Source: an uncultured Atribacterota bacterium (GTDB lineage: Bacteria; Atribacterota; Phoenicimicrobiia; Phoenicimicrobiales; Stramentimicrobiaceae). From it: a stretch of 64,000 bases of DNA. Both the position numbers and the translations under genes were made by a program. Shown here one piece after another: positions 17,302 to 26,622 of this stretch. The notes beneath the pieces were generated by a model. The model was not told where the DNA came from, did not search any database, and was given only the letters and a program-made list of their open reading frames with translations. The stretch lies in NCBI GenBank assembly GCA_964433555.1, contig CAYSRG010000003.1, positions 9,802 through 73,801 of the forward strand. The letters are read 5' to 3'. Numbering within the stretch: the stretch's first letter is position 1; each line of letters begins with the position of its first letter.

Positions 17302-19476
17302 ATGGTTCTAAAAACCCTTAATGAGATGCTGCTTAATAGCAAGAATAAATTCAAAGATAGACCTGCCTTTAAAGTAAAAAGAGGCAATCAATTTGAAGCA
17401 ATTAATTTTCAGGAATTTTATAAACGGGTACAACAGTTTGGTACCGGTTTATTGGAATTGGGTTTTAAAAAAAGTGATCATATCGGTTTAATCTCAGAAA
17501 ATCGTCTGGAATGGATTATCAGTGATCTGGCTATTATTGGTATTGGGGCAGTAGACGTCCCAGCCAGCGGCAATAGTTATGCCCGGGATATTGCCTTTAA
17601 ACTAAAACACTCTGATTCTATAGCTACTATCTTAGAAGGAGAAAAGTTATTAACAGAATTCCTTAAAGTCTGTGCAGAGCTTCCCGCTATTAAAAAAATT
17701 ATTCTTTTTGAACCAGTTAAAGTATTTTCAGAACCTGATGAAATCCCGGAATGGGCTAAAGCAATCCCTTTCCAGGCTAATGGGAAAATTAGCAAATCAT
17801 TCCACCAAAAAATATCTTCTACCCTTACCGAGAATAACCTTGCCTTGTTAATCTCAGAAAAAGCAAAATTATTTTTAGAACAATACCTATCTGAACACAG
17901 TAAAGAATTATTTACCAGTTTAAAATTATCTAAAGTAAAGGAAGTAGAAGACACTTTATGGAAGAAGATTCATATTGTTAAGAAAGATAATATTGAGAAT
18001 TTACCCCCTATTATTTCCTTCTCTCAAGTAGAGGATATAGGGGAAAAATTACTGAACAAAGGTGACCAGCGTTTTGCTAATATGGCCCAAAAAGCTCTTC
18101 CTGGTGACTTAATAACTATAATTTATACCTCGGGTACTACCTCAGATCCCAAGGGTGTTATGTTAACTCATCGTAATATCATTCATAATGTTAATAATTT
18201 GCCTCCCTCAATAGGAGATTTACATGAAAGAGACCGTTTTCTTTCTGTCCTACCATCATGGCATATCTATGAAAGAACGGTTGAATACTGTGCTATAAGC
18301 TTTGGAGCCTCTACTGCTTACAGTAAACCATTTAAACAAATCTTGTTACCAGACCTCCTATTGGAAAAACCCACAGTAATGTGCACTGTTCCTCGCATAT
18401 GGCATAGTCTGTATAAAGGAATCTTGTATAAGATCAAAAATGGAGGTAAATTGCAACAATTACTATTTTTCAAGGGATTGGATATCGCTAAAAGATATAA
18501 ATATGCTAAAAGAATGCTGGAAAATACCTTACCTCTCTTTGATCGTGCCCAATTCTCTGCTCAAGAAATGGAAAATGCTAAAAAAACTGTCCAAAGCTTA
18601 TCTTTGTTATATAAAATAACCAATAAACTAATTTTCAAAAAAATTCGGGACATGCTAGGTGGTGAAATTAAATTTGCCATAAGCGGAGGAGGAGCTTTGC
18701 CGGAAGATATTGATATTTTTCTGGATGCGATAGATGTGCTTGTCTTAGAAGGATATGGCCTTACCGAAACCTCTCCGGTCATAGCAGGAAGAAAACAGCA
18801 TAATCCTATCATCTTCACAGTAGGTGAACCTATTCCCGAGACATACGTAAAAATTGTAGAGAAAGAAAATATTGATATAGAAGTGCCTCATGGTCAGCCA
18901 GGTGTAGTTATGGTTAAAGGTGATTTGGTCATGAAAGGTTATTATAAAAATGAAAAGAAGACTACTGAGGTACTGAAAGATGGTTGGTTTAACACTGGTG
19001 ACCTGGGTAAAAAGACCTCTAATGGCAAATACCTGAAAATAATTGGAAGAATAAAAGATACCATCGTATTAAGGGGAGGAGAAAATGTAGAACCTCAGCC
19101 TCTGGAAGACAAATTAAAAGAAAGTCCTTATGTTAATATGGTAATTGCGGTAGGACAGGATAAACCGAGATTGGGTATTCTAATTGTTCCTGATTTTGAA
19201 GCTCTTAAAGAATATGCTAGTGAAAAACAACTCAACTATAAGGATGAACAAGACTTGATTAAAAAGAAAGAGGTACTTTCTCTCTTTCAAAATGAGCAAA
19301 GGCGATTGGTATCTAAAGAGCATGGCTTCCAACCATTCGAAACAGTAATGGGAATCGCCTTGTTGCCAGATGAATTCTCCCAGGAAAAAGGAGAGATGAC
19401 AGAAAGCCTTAAACTAAGAAGATTTATTATTCATGAAAAATATCATAAAGAGATTGACCAGATATGTGAAAAGTAA
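17302..19476 (+). CDS. AMP-dependent synthetase/ligase (long-chain fatty acid-CoA ligase-like)
   Basis: IIYTSGTTSDPKGVMLTHRNI (AMP-binding motif I), YGLTETS, and GDLG...GR. 724 aa. Confidence 0.8.
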   Translation: MVLKTLNEMLLNSKNKFKDRPAFKVKRGNQFEAINFQEFYKRVQQFGTGLLELGFKKSDHIGLISENRLEWIISDLAIIGIGAVDVPASGNSYARDIAFKLKHSDSIATILEGEKLLTEFLKVCAELPAIKKIILFEPVKVFSEPDEIPEWAKAIPFQANGKISKSFHQKISSTLTENNLALLISEKAKLFLEQYLSEHSKELFTSLKLSKVKEVEDTLWKKIHIVKKDNIENLPPIISFSQVEDIGEKLLNKGDQRFANMAQKALPGDLITIIYTSGTTSDPKGVMLTHRNIIHNVNNLPPSIGDLHERDRFLSVLPSWHIYERTVEYCAISFGASTAYSKPFKQILLPDLLLEKPTVMCTVPRIWHSLYKGILYKIKNGGKLQQLLFFKGLDIAKRYKYAKRMLENTLPLFDRAQFSAQEMENAKKTVQSLSLLYKITNKLIFKKIRDMLGGEIKFAISGGGALPEDIDIFLDAIDVLVLEGYGLTETSPVIAGRKQHNPIIFTVGEPIPETYVKIVEKENIDIEVPHGQPGVVMVKGDLVMKGYYKNEKKTTEVLKDGWFNTGDLGKKTSNGKYLKIIGRIKDTIVLRGGENVEPQPLEDKLKESPYVNMVIAVGQDKPRLGILIVPDFEALKEYASEKQLNYKDEQDLIKKKEVLSLFQNEQRRLVSKEHGFQPFETVMGIALLPDEFSQEKGEMTESLKLRRFIIHEKYHKEIDQICEK

Positions 19477-19541
19477 ATAAATAAGATCCTCCACCAAATA
19501 GAGAGTGTCTATCTAAAACATAATAAGTAGTTTAATTTTTT

Positions 19542-21266
19542 TTAGTCAGGTAGAATAAATTGCTGATAGGGATAAATTAAATCAGGATTCTCAATCTGGC
19601 CCTGATTAGCCTTAAATATCTTAATCCAAGCAACGCCTTCATTATATTTATTTCTAGCGATTGTCCAGAGGCAATCTCCGCTTTTCACTTCGTAATACTT
19701 GGGTTCTTGTTTTTTCTCCAAAAGTCCAATTTTATACTTCAATTCAGCAATCTCTAATTGCAATCTGCTAACTTGGGTATGGCACTGATTAATATTATTT
19801 TGATATTCATCTCTTTCTTTAACTAGAGAACGAATAGTTTCCATTAAATTCTGCTGTTCTTGATAACTAATGTCTTCCTGTTGTTGCAATTTTATGCTTA
19901 TTTCTGCTACATTTTTTTCATAATCCTCTATTTTGTGCATATATTGTTCAATCTGAGAAGTTAATAGTGCAATCTGGTCTTCTCTCTCTCTGATCTGGGA
20001 TAAACTTTGCTGCTGAAATTCTAATTGGGTTGCAATTTCTTCTTTAAAAAGATCGCTATCAAACTTGATTAAATCAATCTCTTCTTTATACTTTTCCAAT
20101 TGTTCCTTTAAATAAGAGATTAACTTTCTATTTTCCTCATTTTGTTTTTTCCACTCCTCTTGCTTTTCTACCAATATCTTTTCCAGTGCTTCTTTCTCCT
20201 TCTGTATAGGTTCCTGTAACGACTTTTCTTTAATTAAATCTTCCCGTAGGACAAGTACTTCCTTGCCTATCTCTTTTATATTTGACTCATATTTCGTTAT
20301 TTCTTCCTGAAAAAGAGCAATAGTATCCTTATGTATCTGTTCTCCTTCCAGCCATTGGGTTTCTTTCTCCTGTAATATTTTTTCCAGCTTGCTCTTTTCC
20401 ATTTCCATTTGTGCCAGGTTATCTTTTATATAAGATAACATTTCTTTTTGTTCTAGGGCTTGAACAATTTCTTCCTGAAGTTTTTCTATTTGTTGTTCAT
20501 ATGCAGTTAATTGATTTTGTAATTCCTGATATTCCTGCTGAAACTGAAGTAGATTAGAGTCTTTTTGAGCAATTTTTTCCTCTAATTGTTTTTTATTCAA
20601 TTCTAATTGGCTTATCTGTTGTACATAAGTTTCATCATCCTGGTTAACAGTAAGCTGTCTTCGCAAATTACTAATGGTTTCTTCATGCTTCACCATATTC
20701 TGTTCCAATTCTTTTCTTTTCAGCTTCTCCGACTCTAAGTTTTGTTCTATATTAGATACCTTATTACCTATTAACTCGATTTCTGTCTCATACTGCTGAA
20801 TTTCCTGCTGCAAAGAATTAATAATCCTTCTGTTTCCCTCTTCTTTTTCCTGCCATTGAACTTCCCTTTCAGTCAGTAAAGCTTCTAATTTAGATTTTTC
20901 TTCTCTTAAAAGAGCAAGATCTTCAGTATCAGATTTGCTTTTTTGTAACACTACCTCCATTTTAGACTGCAGTGCCAACAATTCCTCCTGGTATTTATCC
21001 AACTGTTTTAATAGTTCATCTTCCTTCTCTACTGTTATATATTCTTCTGGAGGAAGCTCTTCTTTTTCTAATACTTCCTTTACTTTCTCTTCCAGCTGAA
21101 CTAATGTACTTTCCTGTTCTTTAATCAATTTATCTGACACTTTTAATAAAGCTTCCTTTTGTAACAAATCACTTTGAATTTGATTTAGACGATTATAATT
21201 GAGATAGGCAAAACCAGCAATAATAATTATCAATATAATAAAAATAGTAGCAATACTCTTTGACAT
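19542..21266 (-). CDS. membrane-anchored long coiled-coil protein with a C-terminal LysM peptidoglycan-binding domain
   Basis: N-terminal TM helix (IATIFIILIIIIAGFAYLNY), about 480 aa of heptad-rich E/K/Q/L sequence, and C-terminal YYEVKSGDCLWTIARNKYNEG..IYPYQQFILP (LysM). Confidence 0.7.
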   Translation of the reverse strand: MSKSIATIFIILIIIIAGFAYLNYNRLNQIQSDLLQKEALLKVSDKLIKEQESTLVQLEEKVKEVLEKEELPPEEYITVEKEDELLKQLDKYQEELLALQSKMEVVLQKSKSDTEDLALLREEKSKLEALLTEREVQWQEKEEGNRRIINSLQQEIQQYETEIELIGNKVSNIEQNLESEKLKRKELEQNMVKHEETISNLRRQLTVNQDDETYVQQISQLELNKKQLEEKIAQKDSNLLQFQQEYQELQNQLTAYEQQIEKLQEEIVQALEQKEMLSYIKDNLAQMEMEKSKLEKILQEKETQWLEGEQIHKDTIALFQEEITKYESNIKEIGKEVLVLREDLIKEKSLQEPIQKEKEALEKILVEKQEEWKKQNEENRKLISYLKEQLEKYKEEIDLIKFDSDLFKEEIATQLEFQQQSLSQIREREDQIALLTSQIEQYMHKIEDYEKNVAEISIKLQQQEDISYQEQQNLMETIRSLVKERDEYQNNINQCHTQVSRLQLEIAELKYKIGLLEKKQEPKYYEVKSGDCLWTIARNKYNEGVAWIKIFKANQGQIENPDLIYPYQQFILPD

Positions 21267-21539
21267 TATATTCCCCCCTGCTGACTTGATTATTTTTTAT
21301 TATATCTTAAAAAGGCAAATGATTCACCATTAAAGTTAAAAATTATTCTGTTTTATCAGATCTAAGCTTTTTACTAAATTACTAAACTAAATAAAATTTT
21401 TTCTTATTCAGATAGTTTCTTAACAAATAGAAAATATACTGTTATAATAGAGAAAATATTTTTAATAACTTAAATACAATAAAGAAGACTGAAAACAAAA
21501 GAATAAAGACAAAAAATAAGGCTATTTTAAGGAGTAATT

Positions 21540-23987
21540 ATGGGTGTCAAGAAAGTTAATTTTCCTGAAATACCTCTCGAACAAATACGATGGTATTGCA
21601 ATTTAGGAAAAGCAGGTTTTTCTTCCACTGACGATCTGGAAGCTTGTGATAAGATTCTAGGACAGGAAAGGGCATTAAAGGCTTTAGAACTTGGATTGGA
21701 TATGGAATATTTGGGTTATAACCTTTTTATAACCGGAAAATCTGGAACAGGTCGTAGTACTACAATTAAAGGATTACTACAGAATAGAAAAAGAGAAAAT
21801 GTTATTTTTGATGATAAATGCTATGTTCATAATTTTAAAGATCCTGATATTCCCCGAGCAATTAGTTTGCCCACCGGACAGGGCAAACAATTTAAAAAAG
21901 ATATGGAAAATCTGGTAAATACGTTAAGAAAACATATTCCTTTCCTTCTGGAAAGTGAAAAATACCAAAAAAGCAGAGATGCCCTTGCCGAGAATTTTAA
22001 AAGGAAACAACATACTTTGGTTAAGGAATTTGAGGAAAAAGTAAAAGCAGAAAACTTTACCATTGTTCAGATTCAAATAGGTCCTTATAGCAGGCCTGAT
22101 ATCTTTCCAGTTATAGATGAAAAACCTACGAACTTAGAAAATTTAGAAAAATTAGCAGAAGAAGGTAAATTCTCTAAAGAAGAATTAGATACAATTAAAA
22201 AGAAACACCAAGAATTTACTCAAGAAATTACCTTAATCTCCAAGAAAATTAATATTCTTCAGAAAGATCTAAGTAAGAAATTGACAGAATTAGAAATAAA
22301 AATAATTACACCACTGGTGGAAGAAGAAACTACAGAAATAAAGAAAAAATATAATAATATTGCCATTAATTCTTATCTAAATGAGGTTAAAAAAAATGTT
22401 CTGGAAAATATAAGTCGTTTTCAGGAAAAAGAAGACCAAACGGCAACTATTCCGGGACTTAAATTAACTCAATTAACAAAAGATACCTTTCTGGAATATT
22501 CAGTGAATGTAATTGTTGATAATTCTGATACAAAGACTTCACCTGTCATTATTGAAACTCATCCTTCCTATAAGAATCTATTCGGTATTATTGAAAGAAG
22601 AATGGACCGAACCGGGCACTGGGTTACGGACTTTACTAAAATAAAAGCTGGATCCCTTTTAAGAGCAAATGGAGGTTTTTTAGTATTAAATGCTCTCGAT
22701 ATGTTGCTTGAACCAAGCGTCTGGCCATCTCTAAAAAGAACCTTATTGAATCGAATGATTGAACCGGAGATCTATGATCCTTTCCCCATGTTTAGCACCT
22801 CTGCTTTAAAACCAGAACCTATCGAATGTAATGTTAAAGTAATTATGATTGGCGATCCCTTCCTATATCAAATTCTATATTACCGCGATCCAGATTTTGA
22901 AAAAATTTTTAAAATAAAAGCAGATTTTGATACAGTTACCGAGAATAATAACCAGAATATTTATCAATACTCCTGTTTTATCAAGCAATTATGCGAAAGA
23001 GAGAATCTGCTTCCCTTTGATCAAAGTGGTATTGAAGGTGTAATAGAATATGCGGTTAGGTTAGCTGGAAGAAAAAATAAATTATCCACTAATTTTAATA
23101 AGCTTGTAGATTTACTAAGGGAATCAGATTACTGGGCTAAAAAAGACCGGCAAAAAATTATTAAGAAAAAACATGTTAATACAGCCATTAAAGAAAAAAT
23201 TGACAGATTGAATCTCATTGAAAATAAAATACAGGAATTGATTGAACAGGGAACATTAATGATTGATACAGAAGGAGCAGTGGTAGGGCAAGTAAACGGG
23301 CTTTCGGTGTATGACCTGGGAGAATATTCCTTTGGTAAACCAACAAGAATAACTGCTAAGACTTCTATGGGTAGAGCAGGAATTATTAACATTGAAAGAG
23401 AGGCTGACCTGAGTGGTAAAACCCACAACAAAGGAGTTCTTATTCTCAGTGGTTATCTTCGTTCTAAATATGCCCAGGACAAACCTCTGACTATTAGTGC
23501 CAGTATTTGTTTTGAGCAATCCTATTCTGGAGTTGAGGGAGATAGTGCTTCTTCTACTGAAGCTTATGCACTTATCTCCAGCATTGCTAATATTCCCATC
23601 AGACAAGACATTGCGGTAACCGGTTCTGTAAACCAAAAAGGAGAGATTCAACCAATTGGTGGAGTGAATCAAAAAATTGAAGGATTTTATGATGTATGCA
23701 AAGTAAAAGGTCTAACTGGAACTCAGGGAGTAATAATTCCAGAATTAAATATCCCGGACCTTATGTTAAGAGAAGATGCGGTTGAAGCCATCAAAAAAGG
23801 TCAATTTCACCTTTATTCTGTAAAGACTATTGACCAGGGAATAGAAATATTAACCGGTAGAAAAGCTGGTAACAGACAGAAAGACAGAAAATTTGAGAAA
23901 AACTCTGTTAATTATCTGGTCGATCAGAAACTGTTAGAATTTGCCGTGAAACTAAAAGAATTTAGTGAAGAAAAAGAACAAAAATAA
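21540..23987 (+). CDS. Lon-related protease with an AAA+ module bearing a large helical insertion (LonC/COG1067-like)
   Basis: NLFITGKSGTGRST is a Walker A with Arg in the Lys position. A long insertion precedes the C-terminal Lon S16 protease domain (GAVVGQVNGLSVY...SGVEGDSASSTEAYALIS..QDIAVTGSVNQKGEIQPIGGVNQKIEG). Confidence 0.75.
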   Translation: MGVKKVNFPEIPLEQIRWYCNLGKAGFSSTDDLEACDKILGQERALKALELGLDMEYLGYNLFITGKSGTGRSTTIKGLLQNRKRENVIFDDKCYVHNFKDPDIPRAISLPTGQGKQFKKDMENLVNTLRKHIPFLLESEKYQKSRDALAENFKRKQHTLVKEFEEKVKAENFTIVQIQIGPYSRPDIFPVIDEKPTNLENLEKLAEEGKFSKEELDTIKKKHQEFTQEITLISKKINILQKDLSKKLTELEIKIITPLVEEETTEIKKKYNNIAINSYLNEVKKNVLENISRFQEKEDQTATIPGLKLTQLTKDTFLEYSVNVIVDNSDTKTSPVIIETHPSYKNLFGIIERRMDRTGHWVTDFTKIKAGSLLRANGGFLVLNALDMLLEPSVWPSLKRTLLNRMIEPEIYDPFPMFSTSALKPEPIECNVKVIMIGDPFLYQILYYRDPDFEKIFKIKADFDTVTENNNQNIYQYSCFIKQLCERENLLPFDQSGIEGVIEYAVRLAGRKNKLSTNFNKLVDLLRESDYWAKKDRQKIIKKKHVNTAIKEKIDRLNLIENKIQELIEQGTLMIDTEGAVVGQVNGLSVYDLGEYSFGKPTRITAKTSMGRAGIINIEREADLSGKTHNKGVLILSGYLRSKYAQDKPLTISASICFEQSYSGVEGDSASSTEAYALISSIANIPIRQDIAVTGSVNQKGEIQPIGGVNQKIEGFYDVCKVKGLTGTQGVIIPELNIPDLMLREDAVEAIKKGQFHLYSVKTIDQGIEILTGRKAGNRQKDRKFEKNSVNYLVDQKLLEFAVKLKEFSEEKEQK

Positions 23988-24102
23988 TATAATTAAATAG
24001 TAATAATAAGAATATTTTTTACTAAATCTTAATAGATAATATTTTTTAGTGTTATTATATATTTTAGGAGTTTCATTTTAAAATATTCAGGGGGAATTTA
24101 TA

Positions 24103-25209
24103 ATGAAAAGAAAAATAAGAATGGGATTAAAAACTGCTTGTGTTCTCCTTTTTTTCCTTATTTTGTTCCATTTTTCCATTTCTGCTGACAATAATATACG
24201 GTTGGAAGAACTTCTCCAGTCAATTATCGAGGAAAAAACAGTGATACCAGATGTTTACGCAGTAATCAACTTAGGAAACTTCTTTTTTGCACAACAGTTA
24301 TATCCGCCGGCTCATGATGAATATGTCAAAGCTTTACAATTAGACCCTTCTAACAAAATAGCCTTAATTAATCTTAGTTATACCTTTTTTAAAATGGGTG
24401 ATTTCCAAGAAGCTTTAACACAATTTACTCCATTAACAGAGGATGATATAGCCTATGCTTATTATATTAGAGGAATGATTTACAGGGAACAGCGAGAATT
24501 AGATAAAGCGATTGAGCAATACGAAAAAGTAGTAGAACTTATTCCCAATCATCCTCAATTAAATGCTGAATTAGGGCAGCTCTATCTTGATAATCATCAG
24601 CTCGTTAAAGCAAATGAAAGATTTATGGAAATGGGATATTATAAGAATCGCCCACCCATAATGGAAAAACTTGTCTCCTATCAACCCAATGCCTATTGTT
24701 ACCTTCATTTAGGAAATTATTACCGTAGCAATGGGGAACTGGAACTGGCTCGAGAAGCTTATCAAAAAGCAACTCAATTTGAAGGCGATGAACGATCAAT
24801 TGCCTTAGCTTATTTTTATCAGGGAGAAATTAACCTTAAAGACCATAATTATGATCGGGCTATAGTTGAAAAAGAGCTTGCCCAGAAAGTTTATCCGTTA
24901 GGTCAACACCAATTTACTTTTAACAGTTTTGCCGAAGCATTGATTGAAATTGGTGACCAGTATTACCACAATGGCAATTTACCTGAAGCACTTAATCATT
25001 ACCAATTAGCTGCTAACCTGGCTAACGCTCCGGATATTTTAGCTGAAGCTCATTATAAAAAGGGTTTGACTTATTACCGCAGTCAGGATTATGAAAATGC
25101 ATTAAGAGAAGCGGAAACTGCCTTATCCCTTAATCCTGATTACCTATCTGACAGACAAAGATTAATTAATTTACTAATTGCCAATAGTTGGTCAAAAATT
25201 ACTCAATAA
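24103..25209 (+). CDS. TPR-repeat protein with an N-terminal signal/anchor
   Basis: Hydrophobic N-terminus (LKTACVLLFFLILF), then multiple 34-aa TPR-like repeats (AYAYYIRGMIY..., AHYKKGLTYYRSQDYENALREAETALSLNPD). Confidence 0.7.
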   Translation: MKRKIRMGLKTACVLLFFLILFHFSISADNNIRLEELLQSIIEEKTVIPDVYAVINLGNFFFAQQLYPPAHDEYVKALQLDPSNKIALINLSYTFFKMGDFQEALTQFTPLTEDDIAYAYYIRGMIYREQRELDKAIEQYEKVVELIPNHPQLNAELGQLYLDNHQLVKANERFMEMGYYKNRPPIMEKLVSYQPNAYCYLHLGNYYRSNGELELAREAYQKATQFEGDERSIALAYFYQGEINLKDHNYDRAIVEKELAQKVYPLGQHQFTFNSFAEALIEIGDQYYHNGNLPEALNHYQLAANLANAPDILAEAHYKKGLTYYRSQDYENALREAETALSLNPDYLSDRQRLINLLIANSWSKITQ

Positions 25210-25310
25210 TAGTAAAATTGAGACTAATAAATATAATTCATAGATTAATTGGTACTGTTTTATAATATGAATTTATGAATATCTCCAAATTTTAGAGAGG
25301 AGCTCTAAAA

Positions 25311-26378
25311 ATGAATTTAACACAGTTTTTAAAAGGTTTGGTTATTATACTGATTGGCGCTATCCTGTTATTAAATAATCTCAATATTCTGGAGTGGTCT
25401 GTTTGGCCTAATATTTTAAAGCTCTGGCCTCTGTTATTAATAAGCCTTGGTATTAGTTTAATCTTCAGGAGAAGACTCTCCTGGTTAGGTCCTCTGGTCA
25501 TATTGCTGGGAATTATTTTTGGTATTGGTGCCAGTTATATGGGATTGGATTTAGATCTGCAATTAGAGGGGAAAATATCCCCTGAAGTAGAAACTATTCA
25601 GAGAGAGATGGAATTGGTTCCTGTTGTAACCCGTGAGATAGAACAAGAAGTAACTACAGAAGAACTTCCTGAGGAAGAAATCCTAGAAACCAAAACTGAA
25701 ACTGAGGGTGAGGAGGTTGAGGAATTAAAAATACCTGAAACAACTGAAGTAGTGAGTGAAGAGAGTGAAGATATTGCATTAGTTCCTTTGGTTCAGAAAG
25801 CTAATCTTCATTTAAATTATGCTATTGGGGCCTTTACCCTGAAATCTCCCACTCCTCTGGTTTATCAATGCCAGGTCAGCTATCGCAATCCTGAATTTAA
25901 GCCTATTGAAGATTTTTCTATCCTGGATCATGTGGCAAAAATCCTGATTACTCACCAGCCAATCTCAGACAAAATGGCACGAAATCCTAAAAATAACATT
26001 GACTTAAAATTAAATACCAATGTAATATATGATATTCTCCTTGAAACTGGTGCCACATCTATAGACTATGATTTATCTAAATTTAAAATAGAAAATTTAT
26101 CTATAGAGAGTGGTGCCTCTAAAATAAATATTATCGCACCTCAGTATAATGGAAAAATCAACATAGACTCAGGAGTATCTGTAATCGATATTGCCCTTCC
26201 TAATAATGTTGGTACCATGATTTACCTTGATACTGGACTCAGTATAAAGGATTTTGATGAGTATTTCCAAAAACAGGAAGATAATGTTTATATCTCAAAA
26301 AATTATAATAATGCTGAATTCCACATTGATATAAGGATAGATGCTGGTATTTCCCAGATCAATATTTACTATCTCTAA
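25311..26378 (+). CDS. LiaF-like membrane protein (N-terminal LiaF/LiaI-type TM domain, acidic linker, C-terminal beta-rich adhesin-like/DUF4097-like domain)
   Basis: Two to three N-terminal TM helices (LVIILIGAILLLNNLNILEW..WPLLLISLGISLIF), a Glu-rich linker, and C-terminal repetitive beta-strand segments (KINIIAPQYNGKINIDSGVSVIDIALP). Confidence 0.55.
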   Translation: MNLTQFLKGLVIILIGAILLLNNLNILEWSVWPNILKLWPLLLISLGISLIFRRRLSWLGPLVILLGIIFGIGASYMGLDLDLQLEGKISPEVETIQREMELVPVVTREIEQEVTTEELPEEEILETKTETEGEEVEELKIPETTEVVSEESEDIALVPLVQKANLHLNYAIGAFTLKSPTPLVYQCQVSYRNPEFKPIEDFSILDHVAKILITHQPISDKMARNPKNNIDLKLNTNVIYDILLETGATSIDYDLSKFKIENLSIESGASKINIIAPQYNGKINIDSGVSVIDIALPNNVGTMIYLDTGLSIKDFDEYFQKQEDNVYISKNYNNAEFHIDIRIDAGISQINIYYL

Positions 26379-26453
26379 AAAATAATACTTATTGGTCGTC
26401 TAAATTAAATAAATAGCGCTTAATTTGTAAAATATTCTCAATATTATAAAAAA

Positions 26454-26496
26454 CAGTAAAAAGATTTTTCATGCAAAACGCTTTTTACTGTTTTTT
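26454..26496 (+). terminator. intrinsic terminator of the LiaF-like gene
   Basis: A 10-bp stem CAGTAAAAAG/CTTTTTACTG (26454-26463 / 26481-26490) followed by TTTTTT. Confidence 0.75.
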
Positions 26497-26575
26497 ATTT
26501 CTCTTGAAAAAGGATTTAATATTAATTAAATGCGCTCTATCAATTACTATTAGCAACATTATTATTAGCAATAGA

Positions 26576-26600
26576 ACAAAAAGCTCCCGCACAGCGGGAG
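26576..26600 (-). terminator. intrinsic terminator of clpB
   Basis: On the minus strand, hairpin CTCCCGC-tgt-GCGGGAG is followed by CTTTTT, 23 nt after the clpB stop. Confidence 0.75.
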
Positions 26601-26622
26601 TAGGATTTTAGATACCTCAATA

